NCBI GenBank assembly: GCA_041649755.1
Contig: JBAZMK010000001.1
Coordinates: 66,826-130,825, forward strand
Reading direction: 5' to 3'
Length of the DNA stretch: 64,000 bases
From: Candidatus Pacearchaeota archaeon
GTDB taxonomy: Archaea > Nanobdellota > Nanobdellia > Pacearchaeales > GW2011-AR1
The position numbers and the translations under genes are program-made. Numbering within the stretch: position 1 is the stretch's first letter; every line of letters begins with the position of its first letter. Under the pieces are notes generated by a model. That model was given only the letters and a program-made list of their open reading frames with translations. It was not told the DNA's origin and did no database searches. Shown one piece after another: positions 28,394-36,265 of the stretch.

Positions 28394-28543
28394 TTAACTT
28401 AAATAACTAGGAATTATCTGTAAAACGCCGTAAATCAATAACCAGATACCAATTGCATAGTTGATTATCTTTGGAAAAATAAGGATAATTAACCCTGCAA
28501 CTATTGCGGTCAATGCACTTAGCGTTAAGATTAGTTCTACCAT
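28394..28543 (-). CDS. Small membrane protein, DUF3096-like, 49 aa (missed by ORF track)
   Basis: MVELILTLSALTAIVAGLIILIFPKIINYAIGIWLLIYGVLQIIPSYLS; GGAGGT SD upstream. Confidence 0.8.
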   Translation of the reverse strand: MVELILTLSALTAIVAGLIILIFPKIINYAIGIWLLIYGVLQIIPSYLS

Positions 28544-28623
28544 TTAACCTCCGTATTAAACTAAACAGAAGGTTATAAATAATTATCTATAGAATTATAA
28601 ATTGATTTGGAATAAAAAGATAT

Positions 28624-29973
28624 ATGATTAAACCAACGAAAACCATTTCAGGGGTTGCGCCTGTTGCTGTAATGCTCCCACCTAGAAAGTGTCCTCATGG
28701 GGCTTGCCTTTATTGTCCAACGCTTAATGCCCCCCAATCATATACTCCTGAAAGTCCTGCCGTTCTTAGGGCAAAATCCTGCGATTATGACCCGTATAAT
28801 CAGGTTAGGGCAAGAATAAAAATGCTGAAAGAGATGGGACATTCCGTGGGGAAGATAGAACTTATAATTATGGGGGGGACTTTTCTCGCTTATCCGAGAG
28901 ATTTTCAGATTGATTTTATAAAAAGTTGTTATGATGCCTTAAATGAAAAGAAATCTAAGTCGCTTGAAAAAGCGAAGAAATTTAATGAAACAGCAAAATA
29001 CCGATGTACTGCGCTTTGTATTGAAACTCGTCCAGATTTTTGTACTGAGGTGCATATAAAAGATATGCTTATGTTTGGAGCTACAAGGGTTGAATTGGGA
29101 GTTCAGGCAATAGATGATGAAATTTATGTTAAAGTTAACAGGGGACACAGAGTTTCAGATGTTATTGGGGCAACAAGAAGGTTGAAAAAAGCAGGATTTA
29201 AGATAGGATACCACTTAATGCCCGGAATCCCGGGGAGTAATGTTAAAAAGGATTTGAAGATGTTTAAGAGAATATTTTCTTCAAAAGACTTCAGACCAGA
29301 CCAAATTAAAATTTATCCCTGTCAGGTTTTGAAAGGGTCTGGATTAGAGAATCTTTATTATAATAAAGAATATGTTCCCTATACAAAAGAAGATACAAAG
29401 AGGCTTTTAATAAAAATGATGAAGTTAACTCCGAGATACTGCAGGATAATGAGAATAATGCGTGAGATTCCTCCGTTTTATTTAGTCTCTGGGATAAAAA
29501 ATATTGATTTAAGAAAGGAAGTTGAAGAAGAAATAAGAAAGAAAAAATTTAAAATAAAAGAGATTCGGTTTCGGGAAATTGGTTTTGCTTTAAGAGATAA
29601 GAGAGTTATTAAAGGAAATTTAGGAATAAGAGTTAAAAAATATTCTGCTTCCGATGGAAAGGAGTACTTTATAGAGGCTGTGAATGGCGATGACCTCCTT
29701 TTTGGGCTTCTTCGTTTAAGAATTGAAAAAAAAAGAAAACTTCCTGCAATGATTAGAGAGTTGCATGTTTATGGACCTACATTAGACGTAGGCAAGAAAG
29801 CAACAGAAGAATATCAGCACAGAGGCCTTGGAAGAGAATTATTAAAGAAGGCGGAGTCAATAGTTAAAAGAGGAAGTGTAAAGATAATCGCAGGAGTTGG
29901 TGTTAGAGAGTACTATAAGAATTTTGGATATAATTTAGATAAAGAAGGAATTTATATGGAAAAATTACTCTGA
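28624..29973 (+). CDS. elp3: Elp3 tRNA U34 carboxymethyltransferase (radical SAM + KAT)
   Basis: KPTKTISGVAPVAVM, CPHGACLYCP, GGTF, ETRPD, RELHVYG, QHRGLG, GVGVREYY. Confidence 0.96.
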   Translation: MIKPTKTISGVAPVAVMLPPRKCPHGACLYCPTLNAPQSYTPESPAVLRAKSCDYDPYNQVRARIKMLKEMGHSVGKIELIIMGGTFLAYPRDFQIDFIKSCYDALNEKKSKSLEKAKKFNETAKYRCTALCIETRPDFCTEVHIKDMLMFGATRVELGVQAIDDEIYVKVNRGHRVSDVIGATRRLKKAGFKIGYHLMPGIPGSNVKKDLKMFKRIFSSKDFRPDQIKIYPCQVLKGSGLENLYYNKEYVPYTKEDTKRLLIKMMKLTPRYCRIMRIMREIPPFYLVSGIKNIDLRKEVEEEIRKKKFKIKEIRFREIGFALRDKRVIKGNLGIRVKKYSASDGKEYFIEAVNGDDLLFGLLRLRIEKKRKLPAMIRELHVYGPTLDVGKKATEEYQHRGLGRELLKKAESIVKRGSVKIIAGVGVREYYKNFGYNLDKEGIYMEKLL

Positions 29974-30126
29974 AGGTTTTCTATAGTCTATAGGGTCTGC
30001 TTCTGATACTTCAAATATTCTTACTTTGTAAGGAGCGTAGTTTGGGCAAAATCTATTCCCCTCGTCTGGGATGCAATGTGGACAAGTCCCCTTTAGGTAA
30101 CCTAAACAATGTTCAATCGTTTTCAT
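29965..30126 (-). CDS. Small Cys-containing hypothetical protein, 53 aa (missed by ORF track)
   Basis: MKTIEHCLGYLKGTCPHCIPDEGNRFCPNY...; four Cys; fills the gap. Confidence 0.5.
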   Translation of the reverse strand: MKTIEHCLGYLKGTCPHCIPDEGNRFCPNYAPYKVRIFEVSEADPIDYRKPSE

Positions 30127-30143
30127 ATTAGATTCTAATTTAT

Positions 30144-30662
30144 TTATCTTCCTTCAATTTGTAAGAATGCCTTTATTTCATTTACAAGAGTTTTTGTTTT
30201 GCTTTCAAGTCGGTCTTCATATTCTTCAATTGTTGTTCTAATAATATACTTCTCATAAATCCCCCTCATAAATTTCCACAAGGGTTTTTTCTCCCAGCTA
30301 TCTTCATAGTCCCTTACAATATTCGCCTTTATAGTAATCTTAACCTCTCCTTTGTTTGTGCTTTCTTTTTTGCCTTCCCTTTCTATCTCCGCATCTTTCA
30401 TCCCGATTATATGCCAACTTACTTCAACAAGATTCTTAAAATAATCCGTAACCTTCTTAGAAGCTTCCCATTTAAGGATTATTTCTTTTCCTGCACTAGA
30501 AACTTTCTCTGTATACTCTTTTTCTTTGATGTTATATCCTTCGTCTTCAAACCAATTAAAACAGAAATTATAAAGTTCTGTATAATTCCAGTAGCCTTTT
30601 TGTTTAATACTCTGGTTATATACCTCACTCTTTTCTGCCATTGTCAATATAAATACATTCAA
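30144..30662 (-). CDS. Hypothetical protein (true start probably ATG 30641)
   Basis: Well-formed ORF with typical composition; no function recognised. Confidence 0.7.
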   Translation of the reverse strand: MNVFILTMAEKSEVYNQSIKQKGYWNYTELYNFCFNWFEDEGYNIKEKEYTEKVSSAGKEIILKWEASKKVTDYFKNLVEVSWHIIGMKDAEIEREGKKESTNKGEVKITIKANIVRDYEDSWEKKPLWKFMRGIYEKYIIRTTIEEYEDRLESKTKTLVNEIKAFLQIEGR

Positions 30663-30682
30663 TATATAAATGTTTTGAGTTC

Positions 30683-33199
30683 TTAATTTTTACAGGATAA
30701 AGCCCCAACTGCGACGCCTGGTTTCCCGTTAACACTTCCATCGCAGGCGGAACTCGACATCATCGGATGATACGCACTAGTCAGATTAATCCTATGAGGG
30801 CTTCCGTAATCTCCTGATGCTCCAGTAGAAGGATACTGGAAACTATAAGTGTCAAATAAATCCCCTCCAATAAAAAATTCTTCTGAATTTTCAAAATAAT
30901 CTGGGTCACTTGTAGCACCATTAGTGTCTGTGAGAATTTTGGAATTACTATTTAAGTCACTTTCTCCAAGCCAGCCTCCTGCAGACGAGCCTGCCCACAC
31001 ACTATAGATTATATTTCTATCTTCGTTTATACTTGCAAGATCTCCTGAGATCATCCCTGCAACAATATTATCGTAAAAATAAATTGAATTTTTATCGGAA
31101 TTCGTTGCAAAATAGAGATTAACTCCCCCAGAATATCTCCAACTATTTGTTTGAGGAGGATTTTCTCTCCATCTCCCTATTATAGTATTATTCCTAAATG
31201 TAAAATTATGACCCATGTCTGAAAGCCAAACTGTATTTATGTTTACACTATCATAAATCAAGTTACCCTCAACAATCATATTCGAATAACCAATCTCTTC
31301 ATAAGTTCTGTCATAGAACATTAGTGCGGAGGACCTACCAAAACCATGAAATATGTTGTTCCTAATAACAAACGGCTGCCCCCTAACTTCAATAGAAGAA
31401 CCATGAAAGTCTCCCCCAATAGTCTGATAATAAACCTCATTTCCTTCAATCAACACAACATCATCTTTTATTCCTTCAATAGCCATACCTGATTCTGCAA
31501 TGTGGTGAAAGTAATTATTTCGAATAATGATTCCTTTTTTATAACCCCCATCTATACCTACCCCTCTTATAACCCCTGTAATTTCACAATTTTCTACAAC
31601 TATCTCTTCTCTATCATTATTGTCAGAAATATCTCTTCTTGTTATAATCCCACTATAATCCCAAGAACTCCTAGGAAAATTGTCCTCGCCATTTCCCTCT
31701 AAATACATATTCTTAAAATGAAGATTATCAGAATCTCTAATTAAAATCAAGTGGCTTGCAGTTGTTCCTCCATGAACGACGTGCAGACCATCAAACTCAG
31801 CGTATCTATGAATATCTCTACTGAAACCTATACCTGTAAAAACAGGAGGATTGCTGGAAGACTCCGCCTTATAAACAACTTTTCTATCCCAGCCAAGTCT
31901 ATTAATATTACTACTAAATCCTACACCACCATAATTTCCTCCCTTTAATAAGAAAGTAATCATCTCATTAAGGTGAGAATCTGCATAACTTATTGCTTCG
32001 CTCATACTAAATTCATTACCTACCGTTCCTGTATGGCTTCCAGCCCCAGTTAGGGAGACATAAAAAATATCCCCACTCCCCTGAACAACACACTGTCCAT
32101 TAACACAAATTTCTCCTGAAGAGCAAGTTTGTCCGTTTGTTCTGTCCAGACACCCATCACTCCCTAGAATGCAAGTGTACGGCGTATTGCCTTCGCAGAA
32201 ACTTCCTGCAGAAGAACATCCTGCGTCATTAGTACACTCAAGGATTACACATTGTCCGTTAGAATCGCATTCTTCACTGACTCCGCATCCTGGAGGACAA
32301 GTTCCCCCGCAACCATCATCACCACACTCTTTACCCGAACAAGAAGGAACACAAGTTTCGTCTGTCACAACCAGATTTCCTGAAACAACTTCTTCACTCC
32401 CTTGATTGCTTAACTCGGCTTCAAAATGATAAGTCCCTGTTTGAATGACTCCGTCCTGCCTTTGACCAGCAACCCAGTTCATTGAAGTGCTTGAAATACC
32501 GACGAACACAATCTGATTAAACCAGTTGAAAGGATTCCAGCTTAATTCTCCTTGTTTTATAATCACATAATTAATTAACTCATTCTGACAATTACTTCCT
32601 TCTACGATTAGTCTAACAAAACTTTCCTTGGTAGCCGAAGAAGTGTTCCAGTAAGTAGTTGTTAAATCACATTCTCCCGTTCCTCCAGAACTTCCGCCTG
32701 AACCGGACGTAGAAGGTGAGATGTATCCTCCTGAAGGATTTTTCGTCGACAAATCTTTCTTAGGAATCTTCTCTATTACAAGTTCGCTTAAGACTCCACT
32801 TTCACTTCCACCCTCATAAACTGCAATAAGCTTAACAACTAAAAGTTCGCCATAAGAAGAATAATTTGTGAAGTTAAAATTGTAGACTTTCTTTTCATTT
32901 AGGCTGATAATTTCTTCTGATCGATAATAGAGGTTATCGTTTTCCATTTCAAATATCAGCCTAAATCCTGCAATTTTAGCTTCGTCGACTCCCCGTTTTA
33001 TCTGGATTTCAGCCAGCCGATTTTCTGAGTCCCACGCCGTATAACCACTACTCACTATTTCAAGACTGACCATTGCTTCAAATGAAGACAAATCTTTTAG
33101 CATCGGCAGAACAACGAGCCAAAGTATACTTATCGCCGCAATCGTGATAAGAATTATAAGAACTGTAGCAATAACTTGTGACACTGCCCTCTTTTTCAT
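30683..33199 (-). CDS. Archaeal type IV pilin-like protein with Cys-rich linker and right-handed beta-helix C-terminal domain
   Basis: Class III signal peptide MKKRA|VSQVIATVLIILITIAA; CSGKECGDDGCGGTC module; repeated I.I.NN.F beta-helix turns. Confidence 0.8.
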   Translation of the reverse strand: MKKRAVSQVIATVLIILITIAAISILWLVVLPMLKDLSSFEAMVSLEIVSSGYTAWDSENRLAEIQIKRGVDEAKIAGFRLIFEMENDNLYYRSEEIISLNEKKVYNFNFTNYSSYGELLVVKLIAVYEGGSESGVLSELVIEKIPKKDLSTKNPSGGYISPSTSGSGGSSGGTGECDLTTTYWNTSSATKESFVRLIVEGSNCQNELINYVIIKQGELSWNPFNWFNQIVFVGISSTSMNWVAGQRQDGVIQTGTYHFEAELSNQGSEEVVSGNLVVTDETCVPSCSGKECGDDGCGGTCPPGCGVSEECDSNGQCVILECTNDAGCSSAGSFCEGNTPYTCILGSDGCLDRTNGQTCSSGEICVNGQCVVQGSGDIFYVSLTGAGSHTGTVGNEFSMSEAISYADSHLNEMITFLLKGGNYGGVGFSSNINRLGWDRKVVYKAESSSNPPVFTGIGFSRDIHRYAEFDGLHVVHGGTTASHLILIRDSDNLHFKNMYLEGNGEDNFPRSSWDYSGIITRRDISDNNDREEIVVENCEITGVIRGVGIDGGYKKGIIIRNNYFHHIAESGMAIEGIKDDVVLIEGNEVYYQTIGGDFHGSSIEVRGQPFVIRNNIFHGFGRSSALMFYDRTYEEIGYSNMIVEGNLIYDSVNINTVWLSDMGHNFTFRNNTIIGRWRENPPQTNSWRYSGGVNLYFATNSDKNSIYFYDNIVAGMISGDLASINEDRNIIYSVWAGSSAGGWLGESDLNSNSKILTDTNGATSDPDYFENSEEFFIGGDLFDTYSFQYPSTGASGDYGSPHRINLTSAYHPMMSSSACDGSVNGKPGVAVGALSCKN

Positions 33200-33273
33200 T
33201 TTATTTTTTAGGACAAGGAGTTTAAATAACTAACGGTAGGTAAGTTTAAATTCGTTCATGCCTTGAGAGTTTT

Positions 33274-34053
33274 ATGGTAAATATAAAACTCGGCCCCGCA
33301 GGATTGGGTCCTGTAAGTGAAGCTTTTTCTAATCTTGAGGAGATTTATAATAAGGGGCTGCAAGCTTGTGAGACTGAGTTTGTCAGACAAATTTATATAA
33401 AAAAAGAAGACGCGATAGAAATAGGGAAAAAAGCAAAAGAATTGGGAATAGTATTGTCTATTCATGCACCTTATTATGTCAATCTTAATTCAAAGGAAAT
33501 TGAAAAAGTAAATGCAAGTAAAGAGAGAATATTAAAATGCTGTGAAATCGGTCAGTATTTGGGTGCTAAACAGGTTGTTTTTCATCCAGGTTATTATGGA
33601 GACCTTTCAAAGGAAGAAACTTTCAAGAACATAAAAGAAAGGATAACTGAGATGATGGAAGTGATTAAGAAGAATAAATGGGATGTAGAGATTTGTCCAG
33701 AGACTATGGGAAAAGTAAATGTTTTTGGTTCAATCGAAGACATTTCTAATCTTGCTAAGGAAACAGGTTGCAGTTTTTGTATTGATTTCGCACATATTTT
33801 AGCAAGATACAAAGAAAACAAATTTGATGAAATTGAAAAATTTTTCCCACAAAAAAGATGGCATTGTCATTTTTCAGGAATTGAATACGGAGAAAAAGGT
33901 GAGAAAAAACATCTTGTGACCAGCGAAGAAAATTGGAAAGGGCTCTTTAACTTTTTGAAGAATCTTGACAAAGAGATTGTAATAATTAACGAAAGCCCCC
34001 GAAGTTTAGAAGACAGTGTTAATGGTTTAAAAATCCTGAATAAGATGGATTAA
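33274..34053 (+). CDS. nfo: Endonuclease IV / AP endonuclease 2 TIM barrel
   Basis: SIHAPYYVNLNS, VFHPG, PETMGK, CIDFAH, HCHFSG, INESP. Confidence 0.9.
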   Translation: MVNIKLGPAGLGPVSEAFSNLEEIYNKGLQACETEFVRQIYIKKEDAIEIGKKAKELGIVLSIHAPYYVNLNSKEIEKVNASKERILKCCEIGQYLGAKQVVFHPGYYGDLSKEETFKNIKERITEMMEVIKKNKWDVEICPETMGKVNVFGSIEDISNLAKETGCSFCIDFAHILARYKENKFDEIEKFFPQKRWHCHFSGIEYGEKGEKKHLVTSEENWKGLFNFLKNLDKEIVIINESPRSLEDSVNGLKILNKMD

Positions 34054-34290
34054 ACTTATGGAGTTAGCAGAACTGACGAAGTCTCTTGCAACCTGAGTTA
34101 AGTACTTTTCATCTTCTTCTGAAATTGGACTTTCCCTACAATGCAAAACTTCTTCAGCAAATTGTTTCACACTAAGTTCTCTTCCGCATTCTGGACATTT
34201 ATGATGCCCTGTTGGTAATCTTATTAGAGGATTCCCCTCGTTAGGACATAAATATCTTTTTTCATTAATATGTTCATCTACAGGACTCAT
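34027..34290 (-). CDS. Small zinc-ribbon-like hypothetical protein
   Basis: CPNE...KCPECG. Confidence 0.5.
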   Translation of the reverse strand: MSPVDEHINEKRYLCPNEGNPLIRLPTGHHKCPECGRELSVKQFAEEVLHCRESPISEEDEKYLTQVARDFVSSANSISLIHLIQDF

Positions 34291-34559
34291 TTTATTCCGT
34301 TCTCTTTTTTTAAATCTTCTTTTTGGTCTTTCTCTTCCTGAATCATTCTCTCACGAAGTTCACTTATTCTTTCAAGAGTCCTTCTGGCTTTTTCTGGGTC
34401 ATCTCTTGCAACATTTAATACATAGAGAATTTTTCTAAGAATGTCATCGTATGATTCTCGTTTGTGCTCTCTCAACTTTTCAATACGATTTTTTGTTTCT
34501 TCAAGTAACTTTATCGTTGTTATCTTGTTATCCTCATTGGACAATTTTTTATTACTCAT
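34287..34559 (-). CDS. Ribbon-helix-helix-like DNA-binding protein
   Basis: ITTIKLLEETKNRIEKLREHKRESYDDILRKIL. Confidence 0.7.
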   Translation of the reverse strand: MSNKKLSNEDNKITTIKLLEETKNRIEKLREHKRESYDDILRKILYVLNVARDDPEKARRTLERISELRERMIQEEKDQKEDLKKENGIK

Positions 34560-34677
34560 TTTTACAATATTTAGTATACGCAAGTATACTTTTTAAACTT
34601 TTTCGTCCTTTAAAAATTACAACAATGCCAAGGTTTAAATACTTATTTTCTTAATTATAAGTAACTAAATTGGTAAA

Positions 34678-35868
34678 ATGAAAATGAAAAGAAATTTGCT
34701 TTTTGTTCCTTTTGTTGCAGTTTTAACTCTTTTAATGGTAAGTGTTTCATCTGCATCTGAGCTTGCTTCTGACTTAGAAACAAGCTTTAATGGAGTAGAT
34801 CTGGACTCTTATACTGTAATGTCCGGTATGACTGGCAATACAGTTCCTGTAAAAGTTACATTTACTGCATTAGAAGATATGAGTGAAGTAAGAGTTCATA
34901 TCAGAATGGAAGGACATCGTGAAGAAGTTTCCACTTCAACAGCAAGATTTGATATTGTTGATGGAGTTACATATACAAAACTTCTAAACTTAAGGCTTCC
35001 TAGTGATGAAAAAGATTTGACAAGAGAGTATACTCTTTATGTTGAAATCTCTTCAGCAAAAGACAGAACAGAAGAAGAATACACAATTCAAATGCAAAGA
35101 GAATCCTATCAGCTTGATATCCTTGCTATTGATTGCAATTCACTGGTTTCCGCGGGCGAAGTTGTTCCGGTAACAGTTGTTGTAAAAAATACAGGTTATA
35201 ATGATGCTGATGATGTCTTCATTACAGCTTCAATTCCTTCACTGGATCTTTCAGCAAGGACTTATGTCGGTGAATTAGTTTCCACTGATGAAGATGATGA
35301 AGATGATGAGGTTTCCGTTTCCAAGACTTTGTATATCAAAGTTCCTGAAAACGCTCAAGGCACTTATGAACTTGAAGTTTCGGTATATAACCTAGACTCA
35401 AAAACAAGTGCAAAGAAATTGATTAGTGTTTCTGAATCTGGTGCGGTTAGTGTTTTAACTGCAGTTAAGAACAAGGATCTAAAGGCCGGAGAAACAGTCA
35501 CATACGAGTTGATTTTAATCAATTCTGGTGAAAATGTAAAAGCTTTCAACATAAAGGAAGTTTCCGGAAGCGATTTAACTGTATCCGTTCCTTCAATAGT
35601 TGTTGTTGGACCGCATTCAAGTGAAACCGTTTCTATTGTTGTAACAGCTTCTGACTCTGCTTCTATTGGAACATATACATTCACAATAGAAGTTGAAGGA
35701 AAACAAACTGTCTTCGGTGCAAATGTAATCGGGACATCTGTATCCAATTCTGTTGTCGCTTTGACTGTGATATTGGTTATAGTTTTTATCGTTCTGCTTG
35801 CAGTTTTGATAATCCTCTTAACTAGAAAGGAAAAACCAATCGAAGAAGTAGAAACAAGCTACTATTAA
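34678..35868 (+). CDS. Cell-surface protein with Ig-like/CARDB repeats and C-terminal TM anchor (S-layer-associated candidate)
   Basis: Signal peptide; VVVKNTGY..ADDV and GTY.LEV strands; TM followed by EEVETSYY. Confidence 0.75.
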   Translation: MKMKRNLLFVPFVAVLTLLMVSVSSASELASDLETSFNGVDLDSYTVMSGMTGNTVPVKVTFTALEDMSEVRVHIRMEGHREEVSTSTARFDIVDGVTYTKLLNLRLPSDEKDLTREYTLYVEISSAKDRTEEEYTIQMQRESYQLDILAIDCNSLVSAGEVVPVTVVVKNTGYNDADDVFITASIPSLDLSARTYVGELVSTDEDDEDDEVSVSKTLYIKVPENAQGTYELEVSVYNLDSKTSAKKLISVSESGAVSVLTAVKNKDLKAGETVTYELILINSGENVKAFNIKEVSGSDLTVSVPSIVVVGPHSSETVSIVVTASDSASIGTYTFTIEVEGKQTVFGANVIGTSVSNSVVALTVILVIVFIVLLAVLIILLTRKEKPIEEVETSYY

Positions 35869-35948
35869 ATTATTTTTTAATTTCCTCTTTATTTTTTATG
35901 AGGATTTTTCTTTTTAAAAAAGTTTAAATTTAAAAAAATTGAGATTAT

Positions 35949-36041
35949 ATGAATATTTTTTTACTTGACAAAAACCCTGAAAAGTGTGCGAAATACCATT
36001 GTGACAAACATGTCGTGAAAATGATACTTGAAAGTGTGTGA
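35949..36041 (+). pseudogene. 30-codon N-terminal remnant of a pyrimidine-dimer glycosylase (DenV-like) gene
   Basis: MNIFLLDKNPEKCAKYHCDKHVVKMILESV then TGA; I saw no continuation downstream. Confidence 0.7.
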
Positions 36042-36103
36042 TTGAATATAATATTTTTAAAAAAGTTGGGTATTGTTACTTTTTTATAGATAATTGGATT
36101 TTA

Positions 36104-36259
36104 ATGAATCAATTGCTGAGACAAGTTAAGGAAGGAATTGAATATAAAGTAAGTACCCCTGAGGGATTGAGAGATTTCGAGAGAAGGTATCAAATGGCTG
36201 TTGCAGAAATTGATGCGGTTACGGCAAGGTATGTTGCAAGAGTTGAATTTGGGAGATAG
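36104..36259 (+). CDS. Small hypothetical protein
   Basis: The ORF track starts at GTG 36038; ATG ~36104 after TTTATA is more plausible. Confidence 0.4.
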   Translation: MNQLLRQVKEGIEYKVSTPEGLRDFERRYQMAVAEIDAVTARYVARVEFGR

Positions 36260-36265
36260 TTTAGT

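Noticed and set aside
34027..34583. RHH protein plus downstream small ORF as a second TA pair
   Set aside because: The ATGA coupling fits, but the downstream ORF shows no RelE, PIN, HicA or MazF features.
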